Assembly (NCBI RefSeq): GCF_009914755.1
Contig: NC_060930.1
Length of the DNA stretch: 64,000 bases
Direction: 5' to 3' (one strand)
DNA from: the human T2T-CHM13v2.0 reference genome, Homo sapiens
The notes beneath the pieces were generated by a model. The model was not told the origin of the DNA, ran no database searches, and was given only the letters and a program-made list of their open reading frames with translations. Of this stretch, positions 14,160 to 28,958 are shown piece after piece. Within the stretch, counting starts at the first letter, position 1; each line of letters opens with the position of its first letter. Position numbers and translations under genes: made by a program.

Positions 14160-15139
14160 TACATTGTAGCATCTTCCAAAATAAATCTCTGCTCTGAAAA
14201 CTTTCTTCTCCCTGGTGAAGGGAGTGATCCTCTTTTACTAATTACTTAATTTAATTAAAACACAGTTAACTCTTAATTATTAGCATTTCAAAAATACAGC
14301 TTTATCCTCTAACACAGTTCTGCAGCAAAAAAGAAAAAGGACCTAGCTAGCTGTTAAGAATTAATTATTTCAGCTTCCTGAAAGGCAAGTTTCAATGATA
14401 GGTTATCTATGTGTGAATTAGCCATAAATATTTTTATTGTATAGTGGGTGATTTCCCTTCTATAGTCAGTAGTTTACAACAAGTATGTTGTTGAATATAA
14501 CTCCAGTCCTTGAGAAACACAAGCATAATTTCCCTAAGTCACATATAATTTCCCCAAGTCGCATGTTTTTAGAGAAAGGTAAATTTGTTCCTTCTGCCCT
14601 CTAAAAACCATGAAATGCATCTCTAGACTAAGAAATGATTTAGGCTTCTGTATCATTTTTCAGCTTCATAGTATATTGTTGATTTTACTTTTTTTAATAA
14701 ACAAAACACAGTACTACTAAAATGTAAAATGACACAATGGAGAGAGCAGGCAAGTAAAACAGTAACTTTTGATTCTTGATGCCTCATGTTTAATTATACA
14801 ATGACTGAACCATAATGTGGTAGAGCTCTTAATACAACATACCCAAATTATTGCATGGCTAATTCAAGGAGTTTAAAGTAAACAGGAATATAAAGATGCT
14901 TAAATAAATACTTAAGGCCAGCTGTGTTTGTGACTTGAAAGAGAGCTAAGGCAACACGATAGTTGACTACGGAATCACCAAAAAATACAGACATTTTATC
15001 TAGTCAATTTTTTTTTTAATAAAATGGCAAAGATATTTGAATTAAGCAGATTTAGAAAAAATTATAAATAGGTAAATTTTTATTATTTGCATTCAATAGA
15101 ATAAAAAATAAAGTGTTTTTTTGTTTGTTTTTTTAGTTT

Positions 15140-15456
15140 CAAGAGGCAGTATAGTATTGAAATTAACAAAATAAACTCTGGAGACCAAATGTCTGAGTTT
15201 GAATCCTTGCTCTGCCATCTGCACTAGCTAGGTGAACAGGGGCAAATTAGATAACCTCTTTGTGTCTCAGCCTCCTATTAAATGGGTGAATGCATGTACA
15301 GAGTTTAAAGTGGCACCTGCAAAAAAAAATCCAAGCATTTGAATGTAAGCTCTACGAGGGTAGTGATTTTTATCTATTTTTCCCTTTAGTGCATATGAGT
15401 ACCTAGAACAGTACTAAAGATGGTAGGTGCTCAAAAAATATTTGTGAAATGAATGA
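15140..15456 (+). mobile_element. MIR followed by L2 3' end
   Basis: TTTGAATCCTTGCTCTGCCA (MIR); TAGGTGCTCAAAAAATATTTGTGAAATGAATGA (L2 tail). Confidence 0.65.
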
Positions 15457-15662
15457 CTGTTATCGTTGTTATTATATGGTTATTTTCTCAATAGATGGAA
15501 ACACTAAATCAGTTAAGCTCGGCTATTTAAACTTGGAAACTTTGGTCTCTTTTCCCCAACCCCCCTTTAAAAACATAAGTGTTGTGACATTGCAAACCCG
15601 TCTTCTCCTAAGACCCACAGCACCAAAATATGGGCAACAAACTAGATTTTGGTTGAGCAAGA

Positions 15663-15676
15663 GTGCCATCTAGCGC
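15663..15676 (-). promoter_or_regulatory. Candidate CTCF site
   Basis: Minus strand GCGCTAGATGGCAC vs core CCRSYAGRKGGCRS (one mismatch), with a retained CpG in unique AT-rich sequence. Confidence 0.55.
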
Positions 15677-16074
15677 TCATAAAAGCTAAAAGCTGAGAAT
15701 TAGGAGTAAATTTTTATTCAGTGTAAACACAAAGGGGAAAAAACCCACAAATGCAAAACTCATTAGGAAAAAATATTCTTCATTAACAGCCAAGGTGTTT
15801 GAAAGAAAGTTATTTCTAAATAAAAATCTCAGCTTTAAAAGTTGGTATATACCATATTAGAAGAGACATTTCAGAGAGTACAGTTTACTGAAGTTCTACT
15901 TACCTTAAAAGCCACTCTTCTATGAATAGAAAGTGGTGTTTTGACTTATTTTCTTTTTAATGACATGTGTTTGGTCTCATTATAATAGATTAACTCATTA
16001 TAGAAATCTTGGAAAAATTAAGAAAAGCATAAACCACTGCCAAGAGAGATAACCGCTATTAGTATTGGGACATA

Positions 16075-16388
16075 CAGTCACGTGTCACATAATAACATTT
16101 TGGTCAACAATGGACCATATATACTATGGTCATCCCATAAAATTATCATGCAACATTTTTACTGTGCCTTTTCTATGTTTAGATAACACAAATACCATTG
16201 TGTTACAATTGCCTATTCATTACAGTAATGTGCTATCGAGGTTTGTAGCCTAAGAGCAATAGCCTAGATATGTAGTAGGCTATACCATCTATGTTTGTGT
16301 AAGTACATTCTATGATGTTTGCACAATTATGTAATTGCCTAACAATGCATTTCTCAGAATATATCTGTCATTAAGCAACACATAACTG
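16075..16388 (+). mobile_element. Tigger3a, uninterrupted
   Basis: TA-CAGTCACG...CATAACTG-TA; same internal sequence as the copy at 52-632. Confidence 0.85.
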
Positions 16389-17379
16389 TATATATGTGTG
16401 TATATATGTATATACCTTCTAGATTTAAAATATACATTAAAAATAGTTTAATTTTAATAAAACATTTGGCCAAGATGCTAAAAATGAAATGAGAAAATTA
16501 TAAATATTGATAATTTGTTTCTCTACTAAAATCAAGAGCTTTCTCTGTCATTGAAAAGCTCTCATCTCAACATTGTATTCAGTGGGTTAAATTTTTAAAA
16601 TAAATTGCTATAAATTATGTAATCATTTGTGGGTAGCTCTACAATAGCCAAAATACATAAGAATTATGGTTTATAAAGTGAAAAAAGACAAAATTATTTC
16701 ATCTGTTCCTTATAAATAACACAAAATTGATAGTAAAGTACACCAACTTGACTTTGGGTGATCTGAATAAAATTTGGGTTTGCTTAATATTTAATCTCAC
16801 TCCTTATTCATTTGACAATGCTCATTAAAGTTTTGGGATTTGCTTTTAATTCTCTTTCCCCTCAAATCATAGACACAGAAGAGATTTGACTCACAGCTCA
16901 CTAGAGAAGTATCAAATGATGAAAAGAAAGCTGACTGCCATTTCCTACCTTTTGGACAAATGCTGTTTTGCTTTTAGTACCAAGAATGGGAAGTAAAACA
17001 TTTCCTAAAGTTGCATAGGAATAATGGTTGACAAGAGTCATGGAGGAAAGGAAGAACGAGGAAGATGAAGAAGCTGCTAGAGCCAGGCAGGCCTCTCCCA
17101 CTGAGGCATGGTGAGCCCCACCTAGTGAGGGGGCAGGCACTGGGGTAGAGCATCTATTGTTCAGGCTGGTGTGAGGCTCCTTTATCTGGAGAATGGTTGC
17201 AAAGGTAGGAAGAAGTCGAGACTGGACTCATACTATCACTAGCTGAAGCACACTCTATTCTGACATTAATCAGGTTTCTAAGCATATACCCTAAATCACA
17301 GCTCTCTTCATAGTATGCAGGAAGGACTCTTTTCCTAACTCCTAGCTTCAGGAGATAGGTTGTTAGGGTAATGGTTCCC

Positions 17380-17937
17380 AATGGCTTTTAAAATGGTTCC
17401 TAATGATCCTCCTGGTATTCACTCTTTTCTGTAATCTGTTCCTTTTGAGTATGGACTAAACCTAGTTGGCTGGTTTCTAATGAAGTGATTAAGGTAAAAG
17501 TTATGGGATGTTTTTTCCAAGATTAGGCTATAAAAGACTGTGATTTCTGTCTTGCTGGCACTCTTTCTCAGGCTAATACTCTCTCCAGCTCCTCACGTTT
17601 CCTTTGAAGAAGCAAATGGAAAGGCCCATGTGGCAAAGAACTGAGGGTGGCCTCCAGCTAACATAACTAAGAACTTGAGGCCCTCAATCCATTAGCCTGC
17701 AAGGAACTGAATCTTACATCATCTGAATGAACTTGGATGAAAACTCTTCCCAATTTGAGCCTTCAGATGAGACCATGGCCCTGGCAGATACTGTAATTGC
17801 AGCTTTATAGGAGACCCTGAAACAGGGATCCCAGCTAAGGTGTAAGCAGATTCCTAATTCACAGAAATTGTGAAATAATAGTTGTGTGTTGTTTTAAACT
17901 ACCAAATTTGTAATGAGGCTATAAAAAACTAATTCAG
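17380..17937 (+). mobile_element. MaLR solo LTR (MLT1E/F-like)
   Basis: AGGCCCATGTGGCAAAGAACTGAGGGTGGCCTCCAGC...GAGCCTTCAGATGAGACC...AACTAATTCA. Confidence 0.75.
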
Positions 17938-18954
17938 TTGTTAAAAAAATAAAAGCTCCTCAACACCCCCTCCCCGACCCCAGAGGGAATGACTCTGAGG
18001 GTCTTTTTCCTCGGCTTGTGGAAGCCTCTGCAGTAACCACCTAAGCCTGGACCCTGCTCCTCCCTTTGGCATGACTGACACTTTCACAAATTAGGTCCTC
18101 TCCAGTTCACTGCATAGTCTCTCTCTGTCATCCAAGGGCTTCTGCACTTTCCCCAACATCTGAAATAAATAATATGATGTTTGAGCAAACTTCCTAGTTC
18201 CATGCTTCAGTGACCAGACCAGATTGGAATCTAAGTGCATGTGTGGTTTCTAAGATAAATCATCCATCTTTATTATGTATCACTAATTGTACTGTGGTTT
18301 GCAGCTTCAATTTACTATTTACCAACTAGTATGAAAACAGTTCAGTATTTTAACAAGTACTGCTGTGCCAATGCATACTGGCTGAATATCAGTCCTAGTT
18401 TATGCTGTAAGTTTAATTTGCTTGATAAGAATCTACTTTCTTTCAATAAGTTTTCAATACAGTATAAGTGTATGAGTTTGAATGTCAAGCATAGTAACAT
18501 TCTAGGGAAATTTCAATTCTTTAATGTAAATTTTACAACTTCTTTTGGCCATCTCAGTCTTTAAATTACGAGGGTATTACTTTATGGAAACTTGTTTTAT
18601 TGGAATTGTTTTATTTATAATGCCCATCAATGTAGTGAGGAGCTTTGACACAAGTTATAGTTACATGTTCATACAGGCACTGACAGATGGCGCAAGGAAG
18701 ATAAAAGGGGGCCACAAAAAGGAAACAAAAATGAGGCCAAAACTTAGTCTGCAGGAAACAACAACAGAACATTAATTACTTCCAGCCAGTCATCCGAGAT
18801 TTGGTTTAGGCATGTTTGGGATAGAGGCAGTGTATACTTGTGTAAATGACAGACAAACTGAGAATAAAAGTTAATTATTACAGTAAAATTTATTTGCTGT
18901 ATTAAGCTGTCTTTATTATTCCAACCCATCCTGATCTTTCCTTGCTCTGAATTA

Positions 18955-19299
18955 CAGTCATGCTTCACTTAATGACACAAATATATTCTGAGAAATGTGT
19001 TGTTATGTGATCTAATCTTTGTGCAAAAATCATTGTGTGTGTTTACACAAACCTAGAGGGTAAACTCTACTACACACCTAGGCTTTATGGTAGAGCCTAT
19101 TGCTCCTAGGCTGCGAACTTCTATAGCATGTTGCTGGACTGAATATTGTAGGCAGTTCTAACACAACGATAAGTATTTTTGTATCTAAACATATCTAAAC
19201 ATAGAAAAAGTACAGTAAAAATATATTATAATCTTATAGTACCACTATTGTATATGCAGTCTGTTGTTGACTGAAATGTCATTATGTGACACATGACTG
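18955..19299 (-). mobile_element. Tigger3a, uninterrupted, reverse orientation
   Basis: TA-CAGTCATG...CATGACTG-TA; reverse complement of the other copies. Confidence 0.85.
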
Positions 19300-20282
19300 T
19301 ACTGTATCACCCTACATTTCACATACTTTTTCCCCATTGATTTTGTTTTCCAATACAAAAATAATACATGCTCACTGTAAAAAGCAAAAACAAAAAAACC
19401 AAAAAACTCTAGGAAAATAGACTAGTGATTAAGAACAGAGACTTAGAAATCAGACATGCCTTCTCGACTCCAGTATTCACTATTTAAGTTCATCTTTCTG
19501 GGTCTGTTTCCTCATCTATAAAAACTAAAACTCACCTCCCAGAATTGTTGTAGGTATAAAATTGGAGATTGCAGGGAAATGAGACTTCAGACAAAGTGCA
19601 CAGATAGTTGTGTAAACTCATCCAGAATATGAATGTAAACCCCAAATATAAAAAGACAATAGTATGGCATGAACTGAGTTTTGCAGATCTGGTGTGACCC
19701 ACATGATCAGACAGTGTCACCAGCAGCTGCACCCCACCTTTGGGAACCCTGGGGTCCAAGGAAAGAGCACTAAGGTGGCTGCAAGTACTTCTTCTCAATG
19801 AGAATGCCTAGGAGCTTCCCGTTTCCTTGACTAAATAAATCAGAAACTTAATCTAACATTATAGTGAGTGGGTTCATGCATATTTGTGTACTTCTTTTGT
19901 TTGGGAAAGATCTCTTCCTCAAAACCTGTAACCCATGGAAACACTGCAAATGTTATATGTAAAATGCTTACCACAATGCCATATGGTAAGCACTCAATAC
20001 ATTTAAGTGATTTTAATTTTTTTAATTCATTAAACAAGTCATATCAAAAATTAATTACTAATGATTACCATTATTCAAAGAAAAATTTAAATCACCAATA
20101 ACTCTATTTCTAAAAGAGAACTATGGTTAATATTTTGGTGCATGAGTTTCCTGACTTTTCCCTCTTCTCTATAATAATAAATATTTTACATACTATTTTA
20201 AAGCTGTCTTTTCTATTTAAATTTGTATATTTATTTCTTTTCCTATACATACATTTTAAAACAATTTTCAATAATTACAATA

Positions 20283-20520
20283 AGTTCGTGACCAGCCTAG
20301 GAAACATAATGAGACCCTGTCTCTACAAAAAACTTAAAAATTGGCTGGGTGCAGTGGTGTGCATCTGTAGTCCCAGCTACTTAAGAGGCTGAGGTGGGAG
20401 GATCACTTGAACCCAGGAGATTGAAGGTGCAGTGAGCTATAGTCACACTGCTGTGCTCCAGCCTGGGTGATGGAGTAAGACACTGTCTCAAAATAAAATA
20501 AAATATAAATATAAATAATA
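20283..20520 (+). mobile_element. 5'-truncated AluJ-like
   Basis: Starts mid left arm; complete right arm and A-rich tail. Confidence 0.9.
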
Positions 20521-22879
20521 ATCCTTTATGTCTATAATCCCTGCTGTTTGATATTTAATTACCCACTTGTATATAAAAGACATATAGATAATACATTTAT
20601 ATCATAAATATATTAACATGTACACACTTTTAAGGTTTGGACTAATATTCAAACTGCCCTCTAGAAAGTCTGGCTGTATGATGCACTGTCCCACCAACAG
20701 CTGCACTGTTGTCAACACAGTACCATAAAATTTCACATTTTTAGCCAGTCTTAATTTGTTCTTCGATTTTCATTACAAAATTCTTAAGGGCAATAGTTGT
20801 TTTCTTTTGTTTTTACATCCCCCACAATGCCAAAACAGTGTCAGACATAAAGAAATATTTTAAATGAATTCTAACCTTATCTTTAAAAAGCATATTTATT
20901 TCAGCCTTAGGTGGAGAGGGAGGTCTGCTATAGAGGTGCTGTGGGATTCAGGAAAAAAAATAACAACCCTGTAATTCTGTATTTTAACAAGAGAAAGGAG
21001 CTAATCATAATTTAGTCTCATTCTGACCAATTAAAATAATATATTGTATGAAATGAAAGAATATTTATCTCAAGGTTTGAATCTTCATATATTACTATAT
21101 ATCTACTTCCAAATTCAAAGAGGGAGCCATCAAAGACCATTGTAGACTGGAATTGGATATTTCTTTATCGGAATAATTACCACTAAGAGAATAAAAATAA
21201 ACACACTTCTGATAAATTCTCATTGCCTGGTGGAAAGGCTAAATGCAATTCTAGCCTGGGGTCAAATTTTTGCTTATAAAGTTATTTTTCTGTGCTAAAC
21301 TGAAAAAAAAAAAAAAGAAACAAAAGGGATTGTCTGATATTCATACTCTAATATTCAATACAGGCCCAATCATGCAAGATACGTTTAAATCTTTAACACC
21401 TAAGGAAGATGAATTAAGCTTTAATGTAGTATTTAAGAAAAAAGCAGGTGTCACTAATGAGGTATAACAGTTAGACTTTCCATCTTCCTTGACAAGGTCA
21501 GTTGCCAAAATCATTTTGTTTCATCATGTTATAACAGATTTTTAGCGCACATATCAAAACTCTGACCTAACAAATGGTATGCAAAAGGACAAAAATGGCA
21601 TTTACTCTTATAAATTTGCAAATATTTTGTGCTTAATGGTACTGTCATAATAGGATTTACAATTAGAAAATCTCAATGAGGTATTTTAAAATCTAATTTA
21701 AAACATATAAGCAACAAAGTTAAAAATGCTTCAACAATTATGTTGGTTCGGGTACCCAGTTCAAATTGAGTAATTTCTGAACATTATATAACTTAGGTGA
21801 GTTTGCTTTTTAAGAAATCAAGACTAAAATGTTACAATTTATGAAATAAATGCTGAATTATGAAAGGGATGCAAAAAAGTACTTTTCTACATTGTTTAAA
21901 CACAATCCTTTATGATTCTAATGATAATTTTCCATAATAACTGAATAAAATAATAAGTTGAATCTGAAGTATGCATGAGCATACAAATGGGAGAATGATT
22001 TCTGTATGAGCTCAATGTAATTATACAACCTAGGCTTGATTTCTAAAGACAATTGAGGCTCCTTTTCTTTTTAGCTATAAACAACTTGCTGTATGATATG
22101 TAATGCAAAACCGTATTTTGGGAGATTTCAAACATTTATAATCCACAGGAAAAATACTCAACACTCCTACACTATTTTTTCAAGCCCACAATAGTGCAGT
22201 CTTTCAGCTATAAAGCCAGAAGCCAGTTATAAAACCAGTACTTTTCCACTAGAGTTACTTGTGGGGCGGGGAAGGGGACGTTCAGCACTGCAAACGTTAG
22301 GGTCTAAAATAAGATCATTGCAAGGAGTTACTACAACACTTGCACTGCCAGCACTGTCATGGCAACAATGAACTAGCTAGGAGAATGCTCTTTTAACTTT
22401 CAAAGCTAATCTTGAGTCTATTGCTCATGGAAATATACCAAATTTTCTTTTAGGTAGTGCATTAAATAAATCATCTTACTAGGAATCTCTTAATATAAAA
22501 ATAAGCCTTTTATACACCATATTTCCAGGATCTCAGTCCATAGAATCCTTGCGATCAGGCAACTTTTATAATGACAACATAATGAAAATTATACACCACA
22601 GTGAAACATGAAGATTCAGTAGGGTTCAAATCAGTTTCAACATGGGTCAAGGTTTAAATAAGAACTTGATATGCAACTTAATAACATCTGAGAATGTGGT
22701 TCCCCCTAGAAAAGTTTTAAGTTTTACCTTGAAGGAAAACAATTTGGGAAAGAAAGTAATATATTTTTACTGTTAGGAATCTTAACGTTAAATTTTTATT
22801 CAGATAATGAGGTATAATGTTGGAAAGCACAGACTCTTGAGTCTCACAGCCTGGGTTTTAAACCTGACTCCTCCTCTTA

Positions 22880-23511
22880 CAGACTGAGCATCCCTAATCC
22901 AAAAATCCCAAATCCCAAATGCTCCAAAGTCTGAAACATTTTGAGAACTGACACGACACCCCAAGTAGAAAAATTCCACACACAAGTACTTAATACAGAC
23001 TATTTCATGCACAAAATTATTCCAAGTATTGCATAAAAATTACCTTCAGATTATGTGATAAGGTATATATAAAACAGATATATTTTGTGTTTAGATTTGG
23101 GTTACATCCCGAAGATATCTCATTATACATATGCAAATATTCCAAAATCCAAAAAAAAAAAATCTGAAATCTGAAACACTTCTCGTCCCAAGCATTTTGT
23201 TCTGTTTTGAAACAAGGCCTCCCTCTGTTGCCCAGGCTGGAGTGCAGTGGTGCAATCTTGACTTACTGCAGCCTTGACCTCCTGGGCTCAAGCAATCCTC
23301 CTACTTTACCTCCCAAGGAACTGGGACCACAGGCATGCATCACCATGCCCAGCTAATGTTTGTATTTTTTGTAGAGATGAGGTCTCACTATGTTGCCCAA
23401 GCAGGTGTTGAACTCTGGGCTCAAGCAATCCAACAAAACCCTGGGATCACAGGTGTGAGTCATGGTGCCCAGCCTGGTCTTAAGCATTTTGGATAAGACA
23501 TATTCAACTTG
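22880..23511. mobile_element. MER46C/Tigger4-family DNA transposon inserted into a MIR (22815-23660)
   Basis: TIRs CAGACTGAGCATCCCTAATCC...GGATAAGACATATTCAACTTG; the MIR halves join across it. Confidence 0.75.
23196..23474 (-). mobile_element. AluJ-like inside MER46/Tigger4
   Basis: Antisense Alu; TSD core TCYYAAGCATTTTG. Confidence 0.9.
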
Positions 23512-24439
23512 CATTAGCTATGATAACTTGGGCAAGTTTTTAACCCATCTGGGCCTTGTTTTTTCTTGACAGATAAAATGGGAATAAAAATATCTACTCA
23601 TACAATGTTGGGAAGGTTGAATGAATTATTACATGAAAAGGGCTAAGGGTTAGGTGTGGCATACAGAATGCCTTTTCTTCTTGTTTTCAAAAGCATACAG
23701 ACTGCTAATGGCTCTTTAAGACAACTTGATTCCAATCCCATGGCACATTTTAAAGCAGACAGGAAAGTCTGGTGCCACCTCTGCCCCTCCCCTCCCATCC
23801 ACCCCAATTCACAGAAGATAAACTAGGCAGGCATTGGGAGCTCAGCAGGAGCCCCAAAGACACCTGCCAGATATTACCAAGCAAATTCAACCTTGCTTAG
23901 TTCCTTTCTTCTAAATTATATCAGGCTGTCTGATACAGAAAGCACTGTTTTGAAGACTTTCTGCTTAGTATGTCAAGCTCCCATTGGGGGAAGCACAGTA
24001 GAAACACTGATAGGGCAGCTCTAATGTCCTCATTAAACCGTCAAGGAAAGAAACTTCTGTAGTAGATAACTTGCTTGGAGTACTAGACATGAATCAACCA
24101 GGAGCAGAGTATTCGGTTGCTTACTGGCAATACCGGCATACAAACAATCACTTGCTTTCCTATATTATGTGTCCCTGAAGACACGTTGAAATTTAAATGT
24201 TTATAAGTGAAATAAGAGACTAACTCAGTGTAAGGGAAATCCAGTTCCCAGAGAGCTAAAACAATATTTATAAAATCCTTGTAGTTCCTAGAGGCACTAT
24301 TTCCCCTAGGACCAATGAACCTTTAAAGTAGCTTAAAACTTTCTCAGTTGGCTGGAGACTTGGGGGCTCTAAGGGCATATAGTGCTAGAGGGCTCAACTT
24401 CCTATCTCCTCCCCTAGAGGAAGGAGGCAGAATAGAATA

Positions 24440-25345
24440 CTAAGTACTCACATTCACTGAGTGCTTACTGGGTTCCAGTAAGCATTGCTCATAACTCTGT
24501 AAGGGAACTGAGGCTTAAGGAGGTTATGTAACTTGCCCAGTCACACAGTTTGGCAGAGCAGGACTTAAACCCGGTCTGACTAACTTCACAGCCCATGGTC
24601 TTGACCATTATCCTCCAATGCTGTCCAGGTACTGAAGCACAAACTTTGGCCATGGGTCTCTCCATGTGCACTTGATCACCTGGATGATCCATGCAGCTGC
24701 CTCTCTGCAACCTCTCCCTGCTGGTGCCATGCTGGCATACCAGAATGATGCTGGACTCCAATGAAGGGCTGGTTGCTCCAGATCTGCTGTCACTTTGGGC
24801 AACTACTAACACTTACACTGGGGCAGTGGTACCCTATGACACGATGTATTAAAATGGAATTTAATGTACAAAAGGCAATTAGGGATTTTCAATACATGTG
24901 GATAAAGTGCGGGATGTATGAAAGTCAATCACGTAAAAATCAAGCGTATCCATTTCTAAACTAATGGCAGTTTCAAGTTTGACTCATTAGATGGAAGATC
25001 TAGATCAAATGCATCATTATCATCACCATCACAATCATCACCAATATTTGTTGTGCACTTACTATGTGTTAGGTTTACTTCTACATGCTTTACACGTTCA
25101 AATAATTCTCAAACCCACTGTATGAAGTATTATTATTATTTTACAGATAAGTAAACAAAGGTTCAAAGAGTTTATTCACAGTTAAATTTGTACAGTATAC
25201 TAAAGTTTACAAAATGGTTTACCAATGTCATCTCTTAATTTTTAGAACCATACCACAAGGGAGATAATAAAATGTCAATTACTAGATGAGGAAACTGAGA
25301 CTGTAGAGGTTAATTTATTCATGAGCACATGGCCAGTAAGAAAAT
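24440..25345 (-). mobile_element. Cluster of MIR fragments (~24440-24610, ~25040-25180, ~25220-25345)
   Basis: GGAACTGAGGCTTAAGGAGGTTATGTAACTTGCCCAGTCACAC; GATGAGGAAACTGAGACT. Confidence 0.65.
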
Positions 25346-26387
25346 TCAACATGACCTTTACACCATTCTGAAGTAAGATCTCTAGTCAAAGTGAGACTGT
25401 GGATACTTAGAATAGATGGTTAGGAAATAAAGTAAATCAGAAATAAAAAGTTTCTTTTGTTTTTTAAAGTATAACCTTTATTAAACTTAAGTGAAATACA
25501 TAGCCTTTTCTTTCCCATGTCAAAAAATAGATAAGCATAGGGTTTGGCAGATAGTAGATACACACACATACACAAATCTAATGAATGAAATGAGAAGAAA
25601 TGATTCATTAGGTTCAATGGTAAAATTTACATTGTCTCAACAAAATTTCAATTTTTCATACTCAGAATGACTGTCATCAACAAAGGTCATATGTTATAAT
25701 TTAAGTCAGTCAATGTATACCTTAACTTGTTCAATGAGAAAGTAGATACATCTTAATTTGAGGTATAATCACTATCAATGACTTTGAGAGATCTTACACT
25801 GTGAGAAAACCTGTCTCCCTAACATTTAAATTACTTTTTACTTTTGAAAGGCTTCTCTTAAATATGTCCTTCGGTACCATTGAACATATCACTCTACCAC
25901 TATTTTGCAAGGCTCAGTTTTTATCACATGATTGGAAGAATGTCTTGCTGTGTTTAGGCTATGAATAGCATTTGAAAAATTACTCAGTTATAATTATAGA
26001 CAGCTAACACCTGCCAACTAGCTAGAAAATGAAATCATGTAAAATTTAAAGACAAGTGTGCAGTGCTTGTCAAACACAGAGGTATCAAAACAGTAAATGC
26101 TCACTTTTAGTAAGGTAAAGATTCTAATTACACTTTACTGAATATTACAATAAAAGTAAAAATTATCCTACCCATATGTTTAATTTTTCAAGGCATATAT
26201 ATTTGTCAGTTTGTCAATTTAAACAACTTTCAAGTTAAAATACTAAATTAATACTATTCACTAAATGAATATGTATATTCAATGAATGATTATATATACA
26301 TATTAAAGTTTATTTGGGTAATATAAACCACAAAGCTCATGTCATAAATTTTTTTCCCTTTAGTATTGTTTAAAAGCTTAGGAATTA

Positions 26388-26712
26388 GGCCAGGCACAGT
26401 GGCTCACGCCTGTAATCCTAGCACTTTGGGAGGCCGAGGCAGGCGGTTCACTTGAGGTCAGGGGTTGGAAACCAGCCTGGCCAACATGGTGAAACCCCAT
26501 CTCTACTAAAAATATAGCCGGGCATCGTGGCGGGAGCCTGTATTCCCAGCCACTTGGGAGGCTGAGGCAGGAGAATCGTTTGAACCCTGAGGGGGAGGCT
26601 GCAGTGAGCTGAAATCACGCCATTGCACTCCAGCCTGGGCAACAAGAGCAACAGTCGGTCTCAAAACAAAAACAAAACAAAAGAAAACAAAACAAACAAA
26701 CAAAAAATAAAT
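26388..26712 (+). mobile_element. AluS
   Basis: Full Alu; TSD TAAAAGCTTAGGAATT. Confidence 0.95.
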
Positions 26713-27346
26713 AAAAGCTTAGGAATTGTCCTAAGGTGATTTTATAATAAATGAAAGAATGTATAATTCTAAGAAGACCTCTAACTTTTAAAATTAAAAA
26801 TAAGGTAATATTTATGTAAAATATAAAGCTAAAAGTATCTAGTTTTTCCAAGGTAATTCCCTATTTCATTACAATCTATCAGATTTCTTTATATAAAAGA
26901 CATTAGAACATGAGAAGACAGATAATTATTATGTTGCCAAATTTAACATGAATTTTTTTGTTACAAACTAAAGGTTGTTTTTAATCTATTTATTTGAAAA
27001 GTGTGCCACAAACTGTGAGTCTACTCGTAATAGACAGATTTTAATAATAAAATACCAACTGGGAAAATCTAATAAATGCTCCTAATAGTCATCCTACAGA
27101 AACTCTCAAAGTATCTCCAGCGAAAAACGCACTTTTAAAAAAACAAGCATCTTTTAAAGTTTTTTTTTCTTTTATACAGTAACTTTATGGTACATGTATC
27201 TTTATTGACACTGGCTTATCAGTGTAGCAACCAACAGAAAAAAAAAAAAACAAGCATAAAAATAATGTTCCCATAGTGTGACTATCTAGCTAAGGATTTC
27301 ATACCTAAATTTCTAGTGTGTCAATGCCCCTAGAAATACAATCACT

Positions 27347-27649
<303 letters not shown>

Positions 27650-28183
27650 AGAAATACAATCACCAAATATTCTGAAGAATCCTTGAAATCTGATTTCCTG
27701 AGTATATTCTGCCAGCCTAATTAAAGTACTAAGTAATTTCTTTAAGGTCATTTCAAATCTTTCTCACTTAATGTAGTAAATGTGAGCTAGAAACAATGTG
27801 TCAAAGTAAACCCTATTTTCCACTGACTTCTATTTAAAAATTTAGATATTTTACCATCGTGTGAAAAAATAAACTGATTTGAGAAATTCTGACAAAGCAG
27901 AGATTAGAATTGGTGGCAAAGCTTGCTTGGTGCTGATGTACTTCCAGCAGCACTTTCATCCTTCTAAGCACTTTAAGCACGCTGCCCTCCCTGACCAGCA
28001 TCAACTCTGTTCTTCCACAAATTCTAAGATTTTTCTCATGTCTATGGTTCCTTCCAGTCCATGCTAATTTGCTACAACATAAACACTGACTATTTTTAAG
28101 TTATAAAATTCTTCATGATTAATACATAACCCAAAGTAGTGCCCATTTTATTAAAATTTTAAGTGATTAAGAATCCTGTATTA

Positions 28184-28470
28184 GGCCGGGCACGGTGGCT
28201 CACACCTGCAATCCCAGCACTTTGGGAAGCCAAGGCAGGCAGATCACTTAAGGTCAGGAGTTCAAGACCAGTCTGGCCAACATGGTGAAACCCCATCTCT
28301 ACTAAAAACTAGCTGGGTGTGGTGGCGCATACCTGTAATCCCAGCTACTCGGGAGGCTGAGGCAGGGAGAACTGCTTGAACCCGGGAGGTGGAGGTTGCA
28401 GACAGCCAAGATCATGCCACTGCACTCCAGCCTGGGCAACAGAGTGAGACTCCATCTCAAAAAACAAAAA
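28184..28470 (+). mobile_element. AluS
   Basis: Full Alu; TSD AAGAATCCTKTATTA. Confidence 0.95.
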
Positions 28471-28958
28471 GAATCCTTTATTATACCCAAGATTCCACAG
28501 CTACTTTCTGTCAGACCAAAGTTTCAACAATCCTTAAGTTAGCAGTTTGAATTATTAATTACCTATTCAAATGGTAAAAAGATATTTTGCAAATTTCTCA
28601 TGGCTTATCAAGAGAAAAATAAATATAACTCTAAACAAAGACAACAGTACACCTACTTTCTAATTCTTTTACTTCATGAATGGTCTGCACATACAGCACC
28701 TTTAAGGACACAAAGTGTTGAAAATGAGAAAAAATTCTAATTAAGCCATTGTTTTAGAGGATCCTTCATGATGTCATGAACAACCCATGATCTTAAAGTA
28801 AAATTTACTATGCAAGTGTTTAACATCTTTGTACAAAATACTATATCCCATTTGTAAACAAAATAACTATGTTAGAAAAATATTTTTTAAATGAATCAGT
28901 TTTTTTCATGTTAGAGGCCAATGGGGGCACTCCAACAGGAATAAAATAGATGAAATCA

